This document shows, piece after piece, positions 19,157 through 31,819 of a DNA stretch of 32,000 bases. A program made the translations under genes and the position numbers. This DNA is from Longivirga aurantiaca. Its GTDB lineage: Bacteria > Actinomycetota > Actinomycetes > S36-B12 > CAIYMF01. The notes beneath the pieces were generated by a model. That model searched no databases. It was not told the DNA's origin and saw nothing but the letters and a program-made list of their open reading frames with translations. Positions within the stretch are counted from its first letter, which is position 1. Every line of letters starts with the position of its first letter. Where the stretch lies: assembly GCF_042660085.1 (NCBI RefSeq), contig NZ_JBHSTI010000008.1, positions 1,509,876-1,541,875 of the forward strand. The letters are read 5' to 3'.

Positions 19157-20179
19157 TCAGACCGCGGCGCCGGCCGGCTGCGCCGTCCACTGGACGCCGC
19201 GACGCCGGGTGCGGAGCAGCAACCGCGCGGTCGCCCACCAGACGAGCACCGAGCCGAGCAGGTGGAAGGCGACGAGCACCCACGGGAGCCCCGTGAAGTA
19301 CTGCACGTAGCCGATCCCCGCCTGACCCAGCATGAGGAGCAGCACGACCACGGCGTCGTGCCCGACGTCGTGCGTGTCGGCGCGGGAGGCGCGCAGCGCC
19401 ACGATGAGGCCCGCGAGCAGGCCGATCGCGAGGAAGACCAGGTCGGCGTGCAGCCAGGAGACCACCTGCGGGTCGAGACCGAGCCGCGGCGTCTCGGCGT
19501 CGCCGGCGTGAGGTCCGCTCGCGGTCACCAGCACCCCGACGGTGATGACGAGGGCCATGACGAAGGTCAGCACGTGGACGCCGATCCGGATCTCACGGCG
19601 TACGACGTCGACCACGGGCTCGTCGGCCGGTTCCGCTGCCCGGTGAACGAGCATCGTGCACAGGAGCACGAGCGCCATCGAGAGCAGGAAGTGCGCGCCG
19701 ACCACGAGCGGGTTGAGCCCGGTGAGCACCGTGATGCCCCCGAGGACGGCCTGCGCCACGGTGCCGAGGAAGGGGACGAGGGCGAGCCGGGTGAGCACCG
19801 GACGCGCTGGCAGGCCGACGCGGCGACGGCGTGCGGCATCCCAGAGCGCGGCGGCGATCGCCGCCACGGCGAGCAGCGCGAGCACGAAGGTGAGCGTGCG
19901 GTTGCCGAACTCGATGAGCTTGTGGAACCCCTCGGCCTGCTCCGGCGTGGGGACGAACGATCCCTCGGTGCACCGCGGCCAGGTGGGGCAGCCGAGCCCC
20001 GAGCCCGTGAGCCGCACGACGCCGCCGGTCACGATGATGGCGCCCTGGGCCACGAGGTTGGCGACGTAGATCCGGCGCACCGCGCGCGGCGCAGTGCCGT
20101 TCGGCCCGAGCGTTGCCTCGGCCGTCGTGGGGCTCGGCTCAGTCGTCACGGTGCCGAGGGTAGGCGAGTGCCGTGGCAC
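19157..20179 (-). CDS. ctaA: Heme A synthase (COX15/CtaA)
   Basis: RLTGSGLGCPTWPRC motif, multiple TM helices and conserved His residues. The start is uncertain (GTG rev 20179 or GTG rev 20149). Confidence 0.88.
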   Translation of the reverse strand: MPRHSPTLGTVTTEPSPTTAEATLGPNGTAPRAVRRIYVANLVAQGAIIVTGGVVRLTGSGLGCPTWPRCTEGSFVPTPEQAEGFHKLIEFGNRTLTFVLALLAVAAIAAALWDAARRRRVGLPARPVLTRLALVPFLGTVAQAVLGGITVLTGLNPLVVGAHFLLSMALVLLCTMLVHRAAEPADEPVVDVVRREIRIGVHVLTFVMALVITVGVLVTASGPHAGDAETPRLGLDPQVVSWLHADLVFLAIGLLAGLIVALRASRADTHDVGHDAVVVLLLMLGQAGIGYVQYFTGLPWVLVAFHLLGSVLVWWATARLLLRTRRRGVQWTAQPAGAAV

Positions 20180-20219
20180 CGGCCCGTCCGACCGGCGCCC
20201 GAGCGACGCGTCTCACACG

Positions 20220-20945
20220 TCATGCGGGCAGGATGCCGCGCACGAGCGAGTTCTTCGAGTGCGAGGGGTCGCCGTCGTCCGGCTCGAGCGACACGTCGAC
20301 CACGGGGTAGTCCGCCATCGACACGCCGGGGGGCATCGCGAAGTCGCCGTGGTCCTTGCCGTCGAGAACGCCGAGCGAGATGAGCTTCTTGGCGTCCTTG
20401 TCGAGCAGCCACACCTCGTAGAAGCCGTCGGCCTTGGCAAGGCCGCTGACGTCCACCGAGACCTGCGGTCCGGAGGGCGTGTCGACCACCTGGGCGATGC
20501 CGCGTGCCGTCTGGCCCTCGAGGGGCTCGAGCTGCGCCGAGGCGAGGACCGTGGGCTCGGCACCCGCGTCGCCTCCGGACGTCGTGCCGTAGACCACGCC
20601 CGCACCGACGACGAGACCGACGCAGGCGGCCGCTGCCAGCAGGAGCCAGGAGGGGCGCCGACGACGCACGGTGGCGAGGTCGGTAGGAGCGTCCTGCATG
20701 GCGAGCTGGGCGGTGATCGCCTCCCACACGGAGTCCGGCGGTGCGACGAGGGCGTCGTCCGGGGTCACCGTCCGCGCGGTGCGCACGACGGTCAACAGCT
20801 CGTCGAGCTCGGACGAGCATGCCGCGCACGCGAGCAGGTGCTGCTCCGCCGAGACGGCCTCGGACGGCGTGCCGGGACGCTCGCCGAGCGCGAGCAGGGA
20901 GAGCAGATCGGGGTCGAGGTGAAGGTCACGCTGAGCCGGTGACAT
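20220..20945 (-). CDS. Anti-sigma factor: N-terminal zf-HC2 (H-x3-C-x2-C), one TM helix, RskA-like extracytoplasmic domain
   Basis: The ATG is preceded by [18 protein letters not shown] carries the zinc motif. The TM segment is [20 protein letters not shown]. The C-terminus FYEVWLL...[10 protein letters not shown] resembles what I remember of mycobacterial RskA. Confidence 0.85.
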   Translation of the reverse strand: MSPAQRDLHLDPDLLSLLALGERPGTPSEAVSAEQHLLACAACSSELDELLTVVRTARTVTPDDALVAPPDSVWEAITAQLAMQDAPTDLATVRRRRPSWLLLAAAACVGLVVGAGVVYGTTSGGDAGAEPTVLASAQLEPLEGQTARGIAQVVDTPSGPQVSVDVSGLAKADGFYEVWLLDKDAKKLISLGVLDGKDHGDFAMPPGVSMADYPVVDVSLEPDDGDPSHSKNSLVRGILPA

Positions 20946-21546
20946 GGTCCACCTCCAACCGGGTACGGAGCCGGTCGAGGGACCGGCGTATGTGGGACTT
21001 GACGGTACCGAGCGGGAGGCTCAGCAGGCTTGAGATCTGGGCGTGCGTCAGGTCGTGGAAGAAGGCGAGCTCCATGATCCTGCGCTGCGGCTCACCGAGT
21101 CGAGCAAGCTCGTCGGCGAGGAGCACGCGGTCGGCCACACCTGACTCGGGCCCGCTCGCGGGGTGGAGGTCGGCCGTGGCGCCCACAGCCTCGACCGCCC
21201 GACGTTCGCGCGATCGTGCCTCCCACCGGTCCGCGATGCGGCGACGGGTGATGGTCACGAGCCAGCCCGGGAGCGTGCCCGCATCCGGGTCGAACCCGGC
21301 CTGGCCGCGCCACGCGGCCACGAACACCTGCTGGGTGACGTCGGCGGCGTCCTCGCTGTCGCCCGTCGAACGCAGGGCCATCGTGTGGACCAGGGACGAC
21401 CAGCGGCGGTAGGCCTCTTCGAGCGCCGTCGGGTCGCCGGCCGCGAACCGGTGGCCGAGCTCGACGACCTCCGGGTCGGGGCTGGGCCTCGAGCGCAGCC
21501 GTGGATCGGGGACCGCGCGGAGGTGGCCCACGGCGGCGACGGTCAC
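20926..21546 (-). CDS. ECF (group 4) RNA polymerase sigma factor, SigK-like
   Basis: Region 2 reads [16 protein letters not shown]. Region 4 reads [32 protein letters not shown] (rev 21546) has GAGGAG 6 nt upstream; the longest ORF starts at GTG rev 21570. The 3' end overlaps the anti-sigma start by 20 nt. Confidence 0.88.
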   Translation of the reverse strand: MTVAAVGHLRAVPDPRLRSRPSPDPEVVELGHRFAAGDPTALEEAYRRWSSLVHTMALRSTGDSEDAADVTQQVFVAAWRGQAGFDPDAGTLPGWLVTITRRRIADRWEARSRERRAVEAVGATADLHPASGPESGVADRVLLADELARLGEPQRRIMELAFFHDLTHAQISSLLSLPLGTVKSHIRRSLDRLRTRLEVDHVTGSA

Positions 21547-21632
21547 GTCTGGCTCCTCGGGGCTCGGCACGGATGAAGGATCTCGCGGGCGCGCCGGGTC
21601 CGCAATTCCCGTTCCGTGCCCACAACCCCTCT

Positions 21633-21681
21633 ATCCGGCGTCGGCCCTCCGCCGGATGCAGCCGGAGGCGGATTCCTCCGG
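21633..21681 (-). terminator. Two tandem hairpins immediately after the ABC-2 permease stop
   Basis: CCGGAGG(21662-21668)/CCTCCGG(21675-21681) and ATCCGGCG(21633-21640)/CGCCGGAT(21650-21657). Confidence 0.45.
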
Positions 21682-21682
21682 G

Positions 21683-22474
21683 CTAGTCCCAGCGGAAGGT
21701 GCGAGCCGTGGCCAGCCCGGCGGCGAGACCCCAGGCGGCGAGCACGAGGACCGGCTGCAGCGGCAGCCCCGCGCCGTCGAGGAGCACAGCGCGAAGCCCC
21801 TCGCCCAGCGCTCCCGGAGGCAGCCACTGCACGATGGCGGCCCAGGCGTCCGGCAGGCGCGTCACCGGCACCACGAGGCCGCCGACGGCGAGCATGACGA
21901 GGTACAGCCCGTTCGCGACCGCCAGCGTGCCCTCCGCGCGGAGCGTCCCCCCGAGCAGGAGCCCGAGGGCGGAGAACGTGGCCGTGCCGAGCAGCAGGAG
22001 CACGAGCGCCGCAGCGGGCGACCCGGCGGGGCGCCACCCGAGAGCGACGGCGACGGCGGCGATCAGCGCGATCTGCACGGCCTCCACCACGAGGACGCCC
22101 AGGGTCTTGGCCACGAGGAGGCCGGTGCGCCCGAGCGGCGTCGAGCCCAGCAGCCGGAGGACGCCGTACCGCCGCTCGAACCCGACCGCGATGGCCTGGC
22201 CAGTGAACGCCGTCGACACCACGGCCAGGGCGAGCACGCCCGGTGCCACGGCGTCGATCGCGGGGGAGTGCCCGACGAGGTCGACCGGCAGCCGGGAGAG
22301 CCCGACGAGCAGGGCGATCGGGATGGCCAGGGTGAGCAGCAGCTGCTCGCCGTTGCGCAGCGTGGAGCGCACCTCGAACGCCGCCTGGGCGACCACGACG
22401 CGGGCCGGCGGGGCCGCGCCCGGGTCCGGGGCCAGGGCGCCCGGCGCGCGGGTCCCGAATTGCTCGCTGCTCAC
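21683..22474 (-). CDS. ABC-2 type exporter permease
   Basis: GTG (rev 22474) overlaps the ATPase TGA (GTGA). 263 aa with about 6 hydrophobic segments (LLLTLAIPIALLVGL, AVAPGVLALAVV, ...). The 686-aa track ORF was trimmed. Confidence 0.85.
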   Translation of the reverse strand: MSSEQFGTRAPGALAPDPGAAPPARVVVAQAAFEVRSTLRNGEQLLLTLAIPIALLVGLSRLPVDLVGHSPAIDAVAPGVLALAVVSTAFTGQAIAVGFERRYGVLRLLGSTPLGRTGLLVAKTLGVLVVEAVQIALIAAVAVALGWRPAGSPAAALVLLLLGTATFSALGLLLGGTLRAEGTLAVANGLYLVMLAVGGLVVPVTRLPDAWAAIVQWLPPGALGEGLRAVLLDGAGLPLQPVLVLAAWGLAAGLATARTFRWD

Positions 22475-23409
22475 GCGCGCAGCTCCCGTCCGGTGAGCTC
22501 GAGGAAGACGTCCTCGAGCGACCGTCGTCCGCTGGAGATCCCGTGCGGGCTCGTGCCGTTCTCGGCGCACCAGGCGCTGACCGCCGAGAGCACCTCGGGC
22601 CCGAGCGGCGCCTCCACGCGGTACGAGCCGGCGGGGGACTCGGTCACGAGCGCGCCCAGCGGGAGCTCTGCCGCCAGCGCCCCCACGTCCAGGCCGGCCG
22701 TGGCTCGGAAGGTGAGCACCTCGGCGTCGCCGGTGAGCTGGGCCGGGCTCCCGGCGGCCACGACCCGTCCGCGATCGATCACCACGACGTGGTCGGCGAG
22801 GCGCTCGGCCTCGTCGAGGAGGTGCGTGGTGAGCACCACGGTCACGCCGTCCGCCCTCAGCTGCTCGACGAGCTCCCACGACGTGATCCGTGCCTGCGGG
22901 TCCATCCCCGCGCTCGGCTCGTCCAGGAACACGAGGTCGGGACGCCCCACCAGCGCGCACGCCAGGGCGAGCCGCTGCTTCTCCCCGCCGGACATCCGGC
23001 GGTACGTCGCCCGCACCTGCTGGAGGCCGAGCCGCTCGGCGAGGTCGTCGACGTCCAGAGGGCGGGCGTAGAACGACGCCAGGTGGCGCAGCACGGGGAG
23101 CGCGCGCGACGAGGCGTAGATGCCGCCGCTCTGCAGCATCACCCCGACCCGTGGGCGCAGGGCCGCCGCGTCCCTCACCGGGTCGAGGCCCCAGACGCGG
23201 ACCGAGCCGGAGTCCGGCCGGCGGTATCCCTCGCAGACCTCGACGGTGCTGGTCTTGCCCGCGCCGTTCGGGCCGAGGATCGCCGTCACCGAGCCCGCAG
23301 CAACGCTGAAGGTGATGCCGTCCAGGGCGCGGGTGGGGCCGTAGCTGAGGGCGAGGGAGTCGATCACGACGGCGTCGGCGGTGCCGGTCGATCCGTCGGA
23401 CGAGGTCAC
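22471..23409 (-). CDS. ABC transporter ATP-binding protein (DrrA/ABC-2 type)
   Basis: Walker A GPNGAGKTST, signature MSGGEKQRLALA, Walker B LVFLDEPSAGMD. 312 aa, GTG start. Confidence 0.92.
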   Translation of the reverse strand: MTSSDGSTGTADAVVIDSLALSYGPTRALDGITFSVAAGSVTAILGPNGAGKTSTVEVCEGYRRPDSGSVRVWGLDPVRDAAALRPRVGVMLQSGGIYASSRALPVLRHLASFYARPLDVDDLAERLGLQQVRATYRRMSGGEKQRLALACALVGRPDLVFLDEPSAGMDPQARITSWELVEQLRADGVTVVLTTHLLDEAERLADHVVVIDRGRVVAAGSPAQLTGDAEVLTFRATAGLDVGALAAELPLGALVTESPAGSYRVEAPLGPEVLSAVSAWCAENGTSPHGISSGRRSLEDVFLELTGRELRA

Positions 23410-23415
23410 CCGGCG

Positions 23416-23421
23416 AGCATA
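23416..23421 (-). promoter_or_regulatory. Candidate -10 box TATGCT, 6 nt upstream of the ABC ATPase GTG (leaderless mRNA)
   Basis: The minus strand reads ccTATGCTcgccggGTG. The TANNNT hexamer is at canonical leaderless spacing and no SD is present. Confidence 0.35.
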
Positions 23422-23500
23422 GGCAGCGCCGCGCAGGGCCGCCGGACCGGGATCCGGACGCAGAACCGCACCCCGGGCTCGCGGCCCGGGGGCAATTAGG

Positions 23501-23514
23501 CAACAATGACGTTG
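23501..23514. promoter_or_regulatory. CAAC-N6-GTTG palindrome overlapping the sufR start (candidate SufR operator)
   Basis: caacaatgacgttg sits in a locally AT-richer patch. The right arm ends on the G of the GTG start. AACAAT (23502-23507) is also positioned as a -10 for a leaderless sufR mRNA. Confidence 0.35.
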
Positions 23515-24230
23515 TGAAATCGACCGCCGCCCCGACGGGTGCGCCCGTCCGTGTCGCGCGGACCCTGCTCGAAGGGGGCCCGCAGACCGCTGCCGCCCTC
23601 GCCGAGCGGCTCGGTCTCACCACCACCGCGGTCCGGCGGCACCTCGACTCCTTGCTCGACGCGGGCCATGTCGAGGCCACCGAGCGCGCGCCGTACGGCC
23701 CCGGCGCGGTCTCGACCAGCCGCGGGCGCGGCCGCCCGGCCAAGGTCTTCAGCCTGACCGCCGAGGGCCGCGAGGCGTTCGAGCAGTCGTACGACGACCT
23801 CGCCGTCGACGCCCTGCGCTACCTCGCCGAGACCGGGGGAGCCGACGCCGTCGAGGGCTTCGCCCGCCACCGGGTCGCGGGGCTCGAGCGCCGCTACGCG
23901 TCCGCGCTGCAGGACTCCTGCGCCAGCGAGCGCCCCGAGGTGCTCGTCGAGCTCCTGTCCCGCGACGGCTACGCCGCCACGGTCGTGGAGAACGAGACCG
24001 GCTACGCCGTGCAGATCTGCCAGCACCACTGCCCGGTGGGCCACGTGGCCGCCGAGTTCCCCGCCCTGTGCGAGGCCGAGACCGAGGCGTTCTCGCGCCT
24101 GCTCGGCACGCACGTCACCCGACTCGCGACCCTCGCCCACGGCGACGGCGTGTGCACCACCCTCGTCCCGCGCCAGCCGGCGTCGGACGTGCCGAACACC
24201 ACCCGCGCCACCACGGAGGTCAGCTCATGA
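23514..24230 (+). CDS. sufR: SUF-system transcriptional repressor SufR (winged HTH plus Cys-rich Fe-S sensing domain)
   Basis: N-terminal w[42 protein letters not shown]-terminal cysteines are [21 protein letters not shown]...GVC. It lies directly upstream of sufB with an ATGA overlap. Confidence 0.85.
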   Translation: MKSTAAPTGAPVRVARTLLEGGPQTAAALAERLGLTTTAVRRHLDSLLDAGHVEATERAPYGPGAVSTSRGRGRPAKVFSLTAEGREAFEQSYDDLAVDALRYLAETGGADAVEGFARHRVAGLERRYASALQDSCASERPEVLVELLSRDGYAATVVENETGYAVQICQHHCPVGHVAAEFPALCEAETEAFSRLLGTHVTRLATLAHGDGVCTTLVPRQPASDVPNTTRATTEVSS

Positions 24231-25639
24231 CGACCGAGACCCACGACGATCTCGAAGGAATCGGCCGGTACGACTTCGGCTGGGCCGACAAGGACGTGGC
24301 CGGCGCGAACGCGCGGCGCGGCCTCAACGAGGACGTCGTCCGTGACATCAGCGGGCGCAAGAACGAGCCCGAGTGGATGCTGCAGATGCGCCTGAAGGCG
24401 CTGCGCATGTTCGAGAAGAAGCCCATGCCGGGCTGGGGATCGGACCTGTCGGGCATCGACTTCGACAACATCAAGTACTTCGTGAAGTCCACCGAGAAGC
24501 AGGCCGCCTCGTGGGAGGAGCTGCCGGAGGACATCAAGAACACCTACGACCGTCTGGGCATCCCCGAGGCCGAGAAGCAGCGCCTCGTCTCCGGCGTCGC
24601 CGCGCAGTACGAGTCCGAGGTCGTCTATCACAAGATCCGCGAGGACCTCGAGGAGCAGGGCGTCATCTTCCTCGACACCGACTCCGGCCTGCGCGAGCAC
24701 GAGGACACGTTCAAGGAGTACTTCGGCTCCGTGATCCCGAGCGGCGACAACAAGTTCTCCGCGCTCAACACCGCGGTGTGGTCCGGCGGCTCGTTCATCT
24801 ACGTGCCCAAGGGCGTCCACGTGGACATCCCGCTGCAGGCGTACTTCCGGATCAACACCGAGAACATGGGCCAGTTCGAGCGCACCCTGATCATCGTCGA
24901 CGAGGGCGCGTACGTGCACTACGTCGAGGGCTGCACCGCGCCGATCTACTCCAGCGACTCCCTGCACTCGGCCGTCGTCGAGATCATCGTGAAGAAGGGC
25001 GCCCGTTGCCGCTACACGACGATCCAGAACTGGTCGAACAACGTCTACAACCTCGTCACCAAGCGCGCCGTCGCCCAGGAGGGCGCCACGATGGAGTGGA
25101 TCGACGGCAACATCGGGTCGAAGGTCACCATGAAGTACCCGGCCGTCTGGATGGTCGGCCCCCACGCCAAGGGCGAGACGCTGTCGATCGCGTTCGCGGG
25201 CGAGGGCCAGCACCAGGACGCCGGCTCGAAGATGGTGCACGCGGCGCCGCACACGTCCTCGACGATCATCTCCAAGTCGGTCGCACGGGGCGGTGGCCGC
25301 ACGTCGTACCGCGGCCTCGTCCAGGTGCTCGAGGACGCCCACGGCTCCAAGAGCACGGTGAAGTGCGACGCGCTGCTCGTCGACGACATCAGCCGCTCGG
25401 ACACCTACCCGTACGTCGATGTCCGCACCGACGACGCGTCGATGGGGCACGAGGCCACGGTCTCCAAGGTCAGCGAGGACCAGCTCTTCTACCTGATGTC
25501 GCGCGGTATGTCGGAGGACGAGGCGATGGCGATGATCGTCCGCGGCTTCGTCGAGCCGATCGCCCGCGAGCTGCCCATGGAGTACGCGCTCGAGCTCAAC
25601 CGGCTCATCGAGCTTCAGATGGAAGGAGCTGTCGGCTGA
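24227..25639 (+). CDS. sufB: Fe-S cluster assembly scaffold protein SufB
   Basis: ATG 24227. [23 protein letters not shown]..., VEGCTAPIY, and ...[49 protein letters not shown]. 470 aa. Confidence 0.95.
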   Translation: MTTETHDDLEGIGRYDFGWADKDVAGANARRGLNEDVVRDISGRKNEPEWMLQMRLKALRMFEKKPMPGWGSDLSGIDFDNIKYFVKSTEKQAASWEELPEDIKNTYDRLGIPEAEKQRLVSGVAAQYESEVVYHKIREDLEEQGVIFLDTDSGLREHEDTFKEYFGSVIPSGDNKFSALNTAVWSGGSFIYVPKGVHVDIPLQAYFRINTENMGQFERTLIIVDEGAYVHYVEGCTAPIYSSDSLHSAVVEIIVKKGARCRYTTIQNWSNNVYNLVTKRAVAQEGATMEWIDGNIGSKVTMKYPAVWMVGPHAKGETLSIAFAGEGQHQDAGSKMVHAAPHTSSTIISKSVARGGGRTSYRGLVQVLEDAHGSKSTVKCDALLVDDISRSDTYPYVDVRTDDASMGHEATVSKVSEDQLFYLMSRGMSEDEAMAMIVRGFVEPIARELPMEYALELNRLIELQMEGAVG

Positions 25640-25640
25640 C

Positions 25641-26810
25641 ATGAGCATGGCCACTGTCACCGACACCGGCACCGCCGCCGGTCACGTCTCGAGCGCCGTG
25701 GAGGGCTCCGCCCTCACGGGCCGCGAGGAGGCCTGGCGGTTCACCCCGCTCGCCCGCCTCCGTGGTCTGCACGCGTCGATCGAGGCACCCGTCGCCCCCG
25801 GCATCGAGGTCGACGCAGCACCCGAGGCCAGGCACGAGGTCGTGCCCACGTCGTCGCTCCCCGCGCCCGTGGGCCCGGTCGAGGGTCCGGCTGCGCTCGC
25901 GCGCGCCGCGACCACCGAGTCCGTGGTGCTCACGTTCCCGAAGGAGTCGGTCGCCAGCCGCCCGACCCTCGTGCGCGTCACCGGCTCCGGCACCGACTCG
26001 TCGTCGGTCGCGCACCTCGTGATCCGCGCGGAGGCGTTCGCCCAGGCGGTCGTCGTCGTGCAGTACTCCGGGTCGGCGTCCTACTCCGACAACGTGGAGG
26101 TCGAGCTGGGCGACGGCGCGCAGCTCACCCTCGTATCGATGCAGGAGTGGGCGGACGACACCGTCCACCTCGGCCGCCAGCACTCGGTCGTGGGGCGCAA
26201 CGCGCGCCTGCGATCGTTCATCGCGACGTTCGGCGGCGAGACCGTGCGCCTCGTGCCGACGGTCGAGTACGCCGGCCCCGGGGGCTCGGCCGAGCTGTTC
26301 GGCATCTACTTCGCCGACGCCGGCCAGCACCTCGAGCACCGGTCGCTCATCGACCACGCGGTGCCGCACTGCACGTCCGACGTCCTGTTCAAGGGCGCCC
26401 TGAAGGGCGACCCGACGGCGGGGGAGGCCGGCATCGCGCGCAGCGTGTGGGTCGGCGATGTCATCATCCGCGCTGCGGCCGTCGGCACCGACACGTACGA
26501 GCTCAACCGCAACCTGGTCCTCACCGACGCCGCCCGCGCGGACTCGGTGCCCAACCTCGAGATCGAGACCGGCGAGATCGTCGGTGCCGGTCACGCGAGC
26601 GCCACCGGCCGGTTCGACGACGAGCAGCTGTTCTACCTGCAGGCGCGCGGCATCCCCGCCGACGTCGCCACGCAGCTCGTCGTCCGCGGCTTCTTCGCCG
26701 ACGTCATCGCACGCCTGGGCCTGCCGGAGTGGGAGCAGCACCTGCTCGACCGCATCGACAACGAGCTCGGTTTCGTGGCGGGCGGCGACTCCGAGGAGGA
26801 CGGCCAGTGA
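25641..26810 (+). CDS. sufD: Fe-S cluster assembly protein SufD
   Basis: The C-terminal SufBD beta-helix region reads PNLEIETGEIVGAGHASATGRFDDEQLFYLQARGIPADVATQLVVRGFF. 389 aa. It starts 1 nt after the sufB stop. Confidence 0.9.
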   Translation: MSMATVTDTGTAAGHVSSAVEGSALTGREEAWRFTPLARLRGLHASIEAPVAPGIEVDAAPEARHEVVPTSSLPAPVGPVEGPAALARAATTESVVLTFPKESVASRPTLVRVTGSGTDSSSVAHLVIRAEAFAQAVVVVQYSGSASYSDNVEVELGDGAQLTLVSMQEWADDTVHLGRQHSVVGRNARLRSFIATFGGETVRLVPTVEYAGPGGSAELFGIYFADAGQHLEHRSLIDHAVPHCTSDVLFKGALKGDPTAGEAGIARSVWVGDVIIRAAAVGTDTYELNRNLVLTDAARADSVPNLEIETGEIVGAGHASATGRFDDEQLFYLQARGIPADVATQLVVRGFFADVIARLGLPEWEQHLLDRIDNELGFVAGGDSEEDGQ

Positions 26811-27142
26811 GCGCGGTCGAGGTCTGCAAGCTCGTCGACGTACCCGCCGTGGGTGCGCTCGCCGTCGTCGTCGACGGCAACCCGGTGGCCGTCGTACGCG
26901 ACGAGGCCGGCAATCTGCACGCGATCCGCGACATCTGCTCGCACGCCGACGTCGCCCTCTCCGAGGGCGAGGTCGACGGCTGCACGATCGAGTGCTGGCT
27001 GCACGGCTCGCGCTTCGACCTGCGCACCGGCAAGCCGACCGGACCGCCCGCCGTCACCGCCGTGCCCGTCTACCGCATCAGCGTGGAGGGCACCGGCGAC
27101 GACGCCGTCGTGCTCGTCGACATCGCTGCCCGCCCCCTCTGA
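26807..27142 (+). CDS. Rieske-type [2Fe-2S] ferredoxin (non-heme iron oxygenase ferredoxin subunit family) embedded in the suf operon
   Basis: GTG 26807 overlaps the sufD TGA (GTGA). C-S-H ... C-W-L-H-G is the low-potential CxH/CxxH pattern. 111 aa. Confidence 0.88.
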   Translation: MSAVEVCKLVDVPAVGALAVVVDGNPVAVVRDEAGNLHAIRDICSHADVALSEGEVDGCTIECWLHGSRFDLRTGKPTGPPAVTAVPVYRISVEGTGDDAVVLVDIAARPL

Positions 27143-27171
27143 CCCCGCACCGCCAGGCCCCAGGAGAAACC

Positions 27172-29275
<2,104 letters not shown>

Positions 29276-29276
<1 letters not shown>

Positions 29277-29731
29277 TGGACCTCGAGAACCTGTACCAGG
29301 AGATCATCCTCGACCACTACAAGCACCCCCGCGGCAAGGGGTTGCGCGACCCGTACCAGGCCGAGGTGCACCACGTGAACCCGACCTGCGGGGACGAGAT
29401 CACGCTGCGGGTGGAGGTCGAGGGCGGTGTGGTCACCGACGTCTCGTACGACGGCATGGGCTGCTCGATCTCGCAGGCCTCGGCCAGCGTGCTCTTCGAG
29501 CAGCTGGTGGGTCAGACGGTCGAGAGCGGGCTCGCGACGACCGACGAGTTCCTCACGCTCATGCAGGGCCGCGGGCAGGTCGAGCCCGACGAGGACGTGC
29601 TCGGGGACGCGATCGCGTTCGCGGGCGTGGCGAAGTACCCGGCACGCGTGAAATGCGCGCTGCTGTCGTGGATGGCATGGAAAGACGCGGTCTCCCAGGC
29701 CGTGGTGGCGACGACGAAGGAGTCCTCATGA
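29276..29731 (+). CDS. sufU: Sulfur-transfer protein SufU (IscU/NifU-like, zinc type)
   Basis: MDLENLYQEIILDHYKHPRGKG, NPTCGDEITL, GMGCSISQASAS and ARVKCALLSW are present. 151 aa. TGATG junction with sufS. Confidence 0.92.
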
Positions 29732-30075
29732 CCGAGACCAGCGCACCCATCGCGGGCGGTGACGGCATCACGCCCGACGACGAGGTGATCGAGGCCCTCA
29801 AGGACGTCGTCGACCCCGAGCTCGGGATCAACGTCGTCGACCTCGGCCTCGTATACGGCGTCCAGGTGGACGACTCGAACATCGCCACGATCGACCTCAC
29901 GCTGACCTCGGCGGCCTGCCCGCTGACCGACGTCATCGAGGACCAGACGCGTGCGGCGCTCGACGGCATCGTGGCCGACTACCGCATCAACTGGGTCTGG
30001 ATGCCGCCGTGGGGCCCCGACAAGATCACCGACGACGGCCGCGAGATGCTCCGCGCCCTCGGCTTCAACCTGTAG
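29728..30075 (+). CDS. sufT: DUF59 / SufT-like Fe-S assembly protein
   Basis: ATGA overlap with sufU. DVVDPELGINVVDLGLVYGV and LTLTSAACPL are present. 115 aa. Confidence 0.88.
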   Translation: MTETSAPIAGGDGITPDDEVIEALKDVVDPELGINVVDLGLVYGVQVDDSNIATIDLTLTSAACPLTDVIEDQTRAALDGIVADYRINWVWMPPWGPDKITDDGREMLRALGFNL

Positions 30076-30084
30076 CAGCGCCCC

Positions 30085-30116
30085 GACGCCCCTCGGCCGT
30101 GTGGTCGGGGGGCGTC
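30085..30116 (+). terminator. GC hairpin after the suf operon
   Basis: GACGCCCC (30085-30092) pairs with GGGGCGTC (30109-30116). An alternative register is CCCCGAC/GTCGGGG. Confidence 0.4.
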
Positions 30117-30127
30117 CGCGCGCCAAC

Positions 30128-30133
30128 TAGAAT
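30128..30133 (+). promoter_or_regulatory. Candidate -10 box TAGAAT, 9 nt upstream of the ABC-F GTG (very short leader or leaderless)
   Basis: caacTAGAATcctgttcttGTG. This is a strong TANNNT match in an AT-richer patch, with no SD. Confidence 0.35.
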
Positions 30134-30142
30134 CCTGTTCTT

Positions 30143-31747
<1,605 letters not shown>

Positions 31748-31819
31748 TCCACGACGGGCCTGGTGGCAGCGAACCTCGGCCGGGGTACCGTTGATCAAAC
31801 CCGGCACCAGGAGGCAGCG

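Noticed and set aside
21571-21632. GGAAC (minus strand, 21615-21611) upstream of the ECF sigma gene, as a possible autoregulated ECF -35 element.
   Set aside because: No CGTC/CGTT-like -10 lies at the expected 16-17 nt spacing; the sequence there is GCGCG. I cannot support a promoter call from sequence alone.
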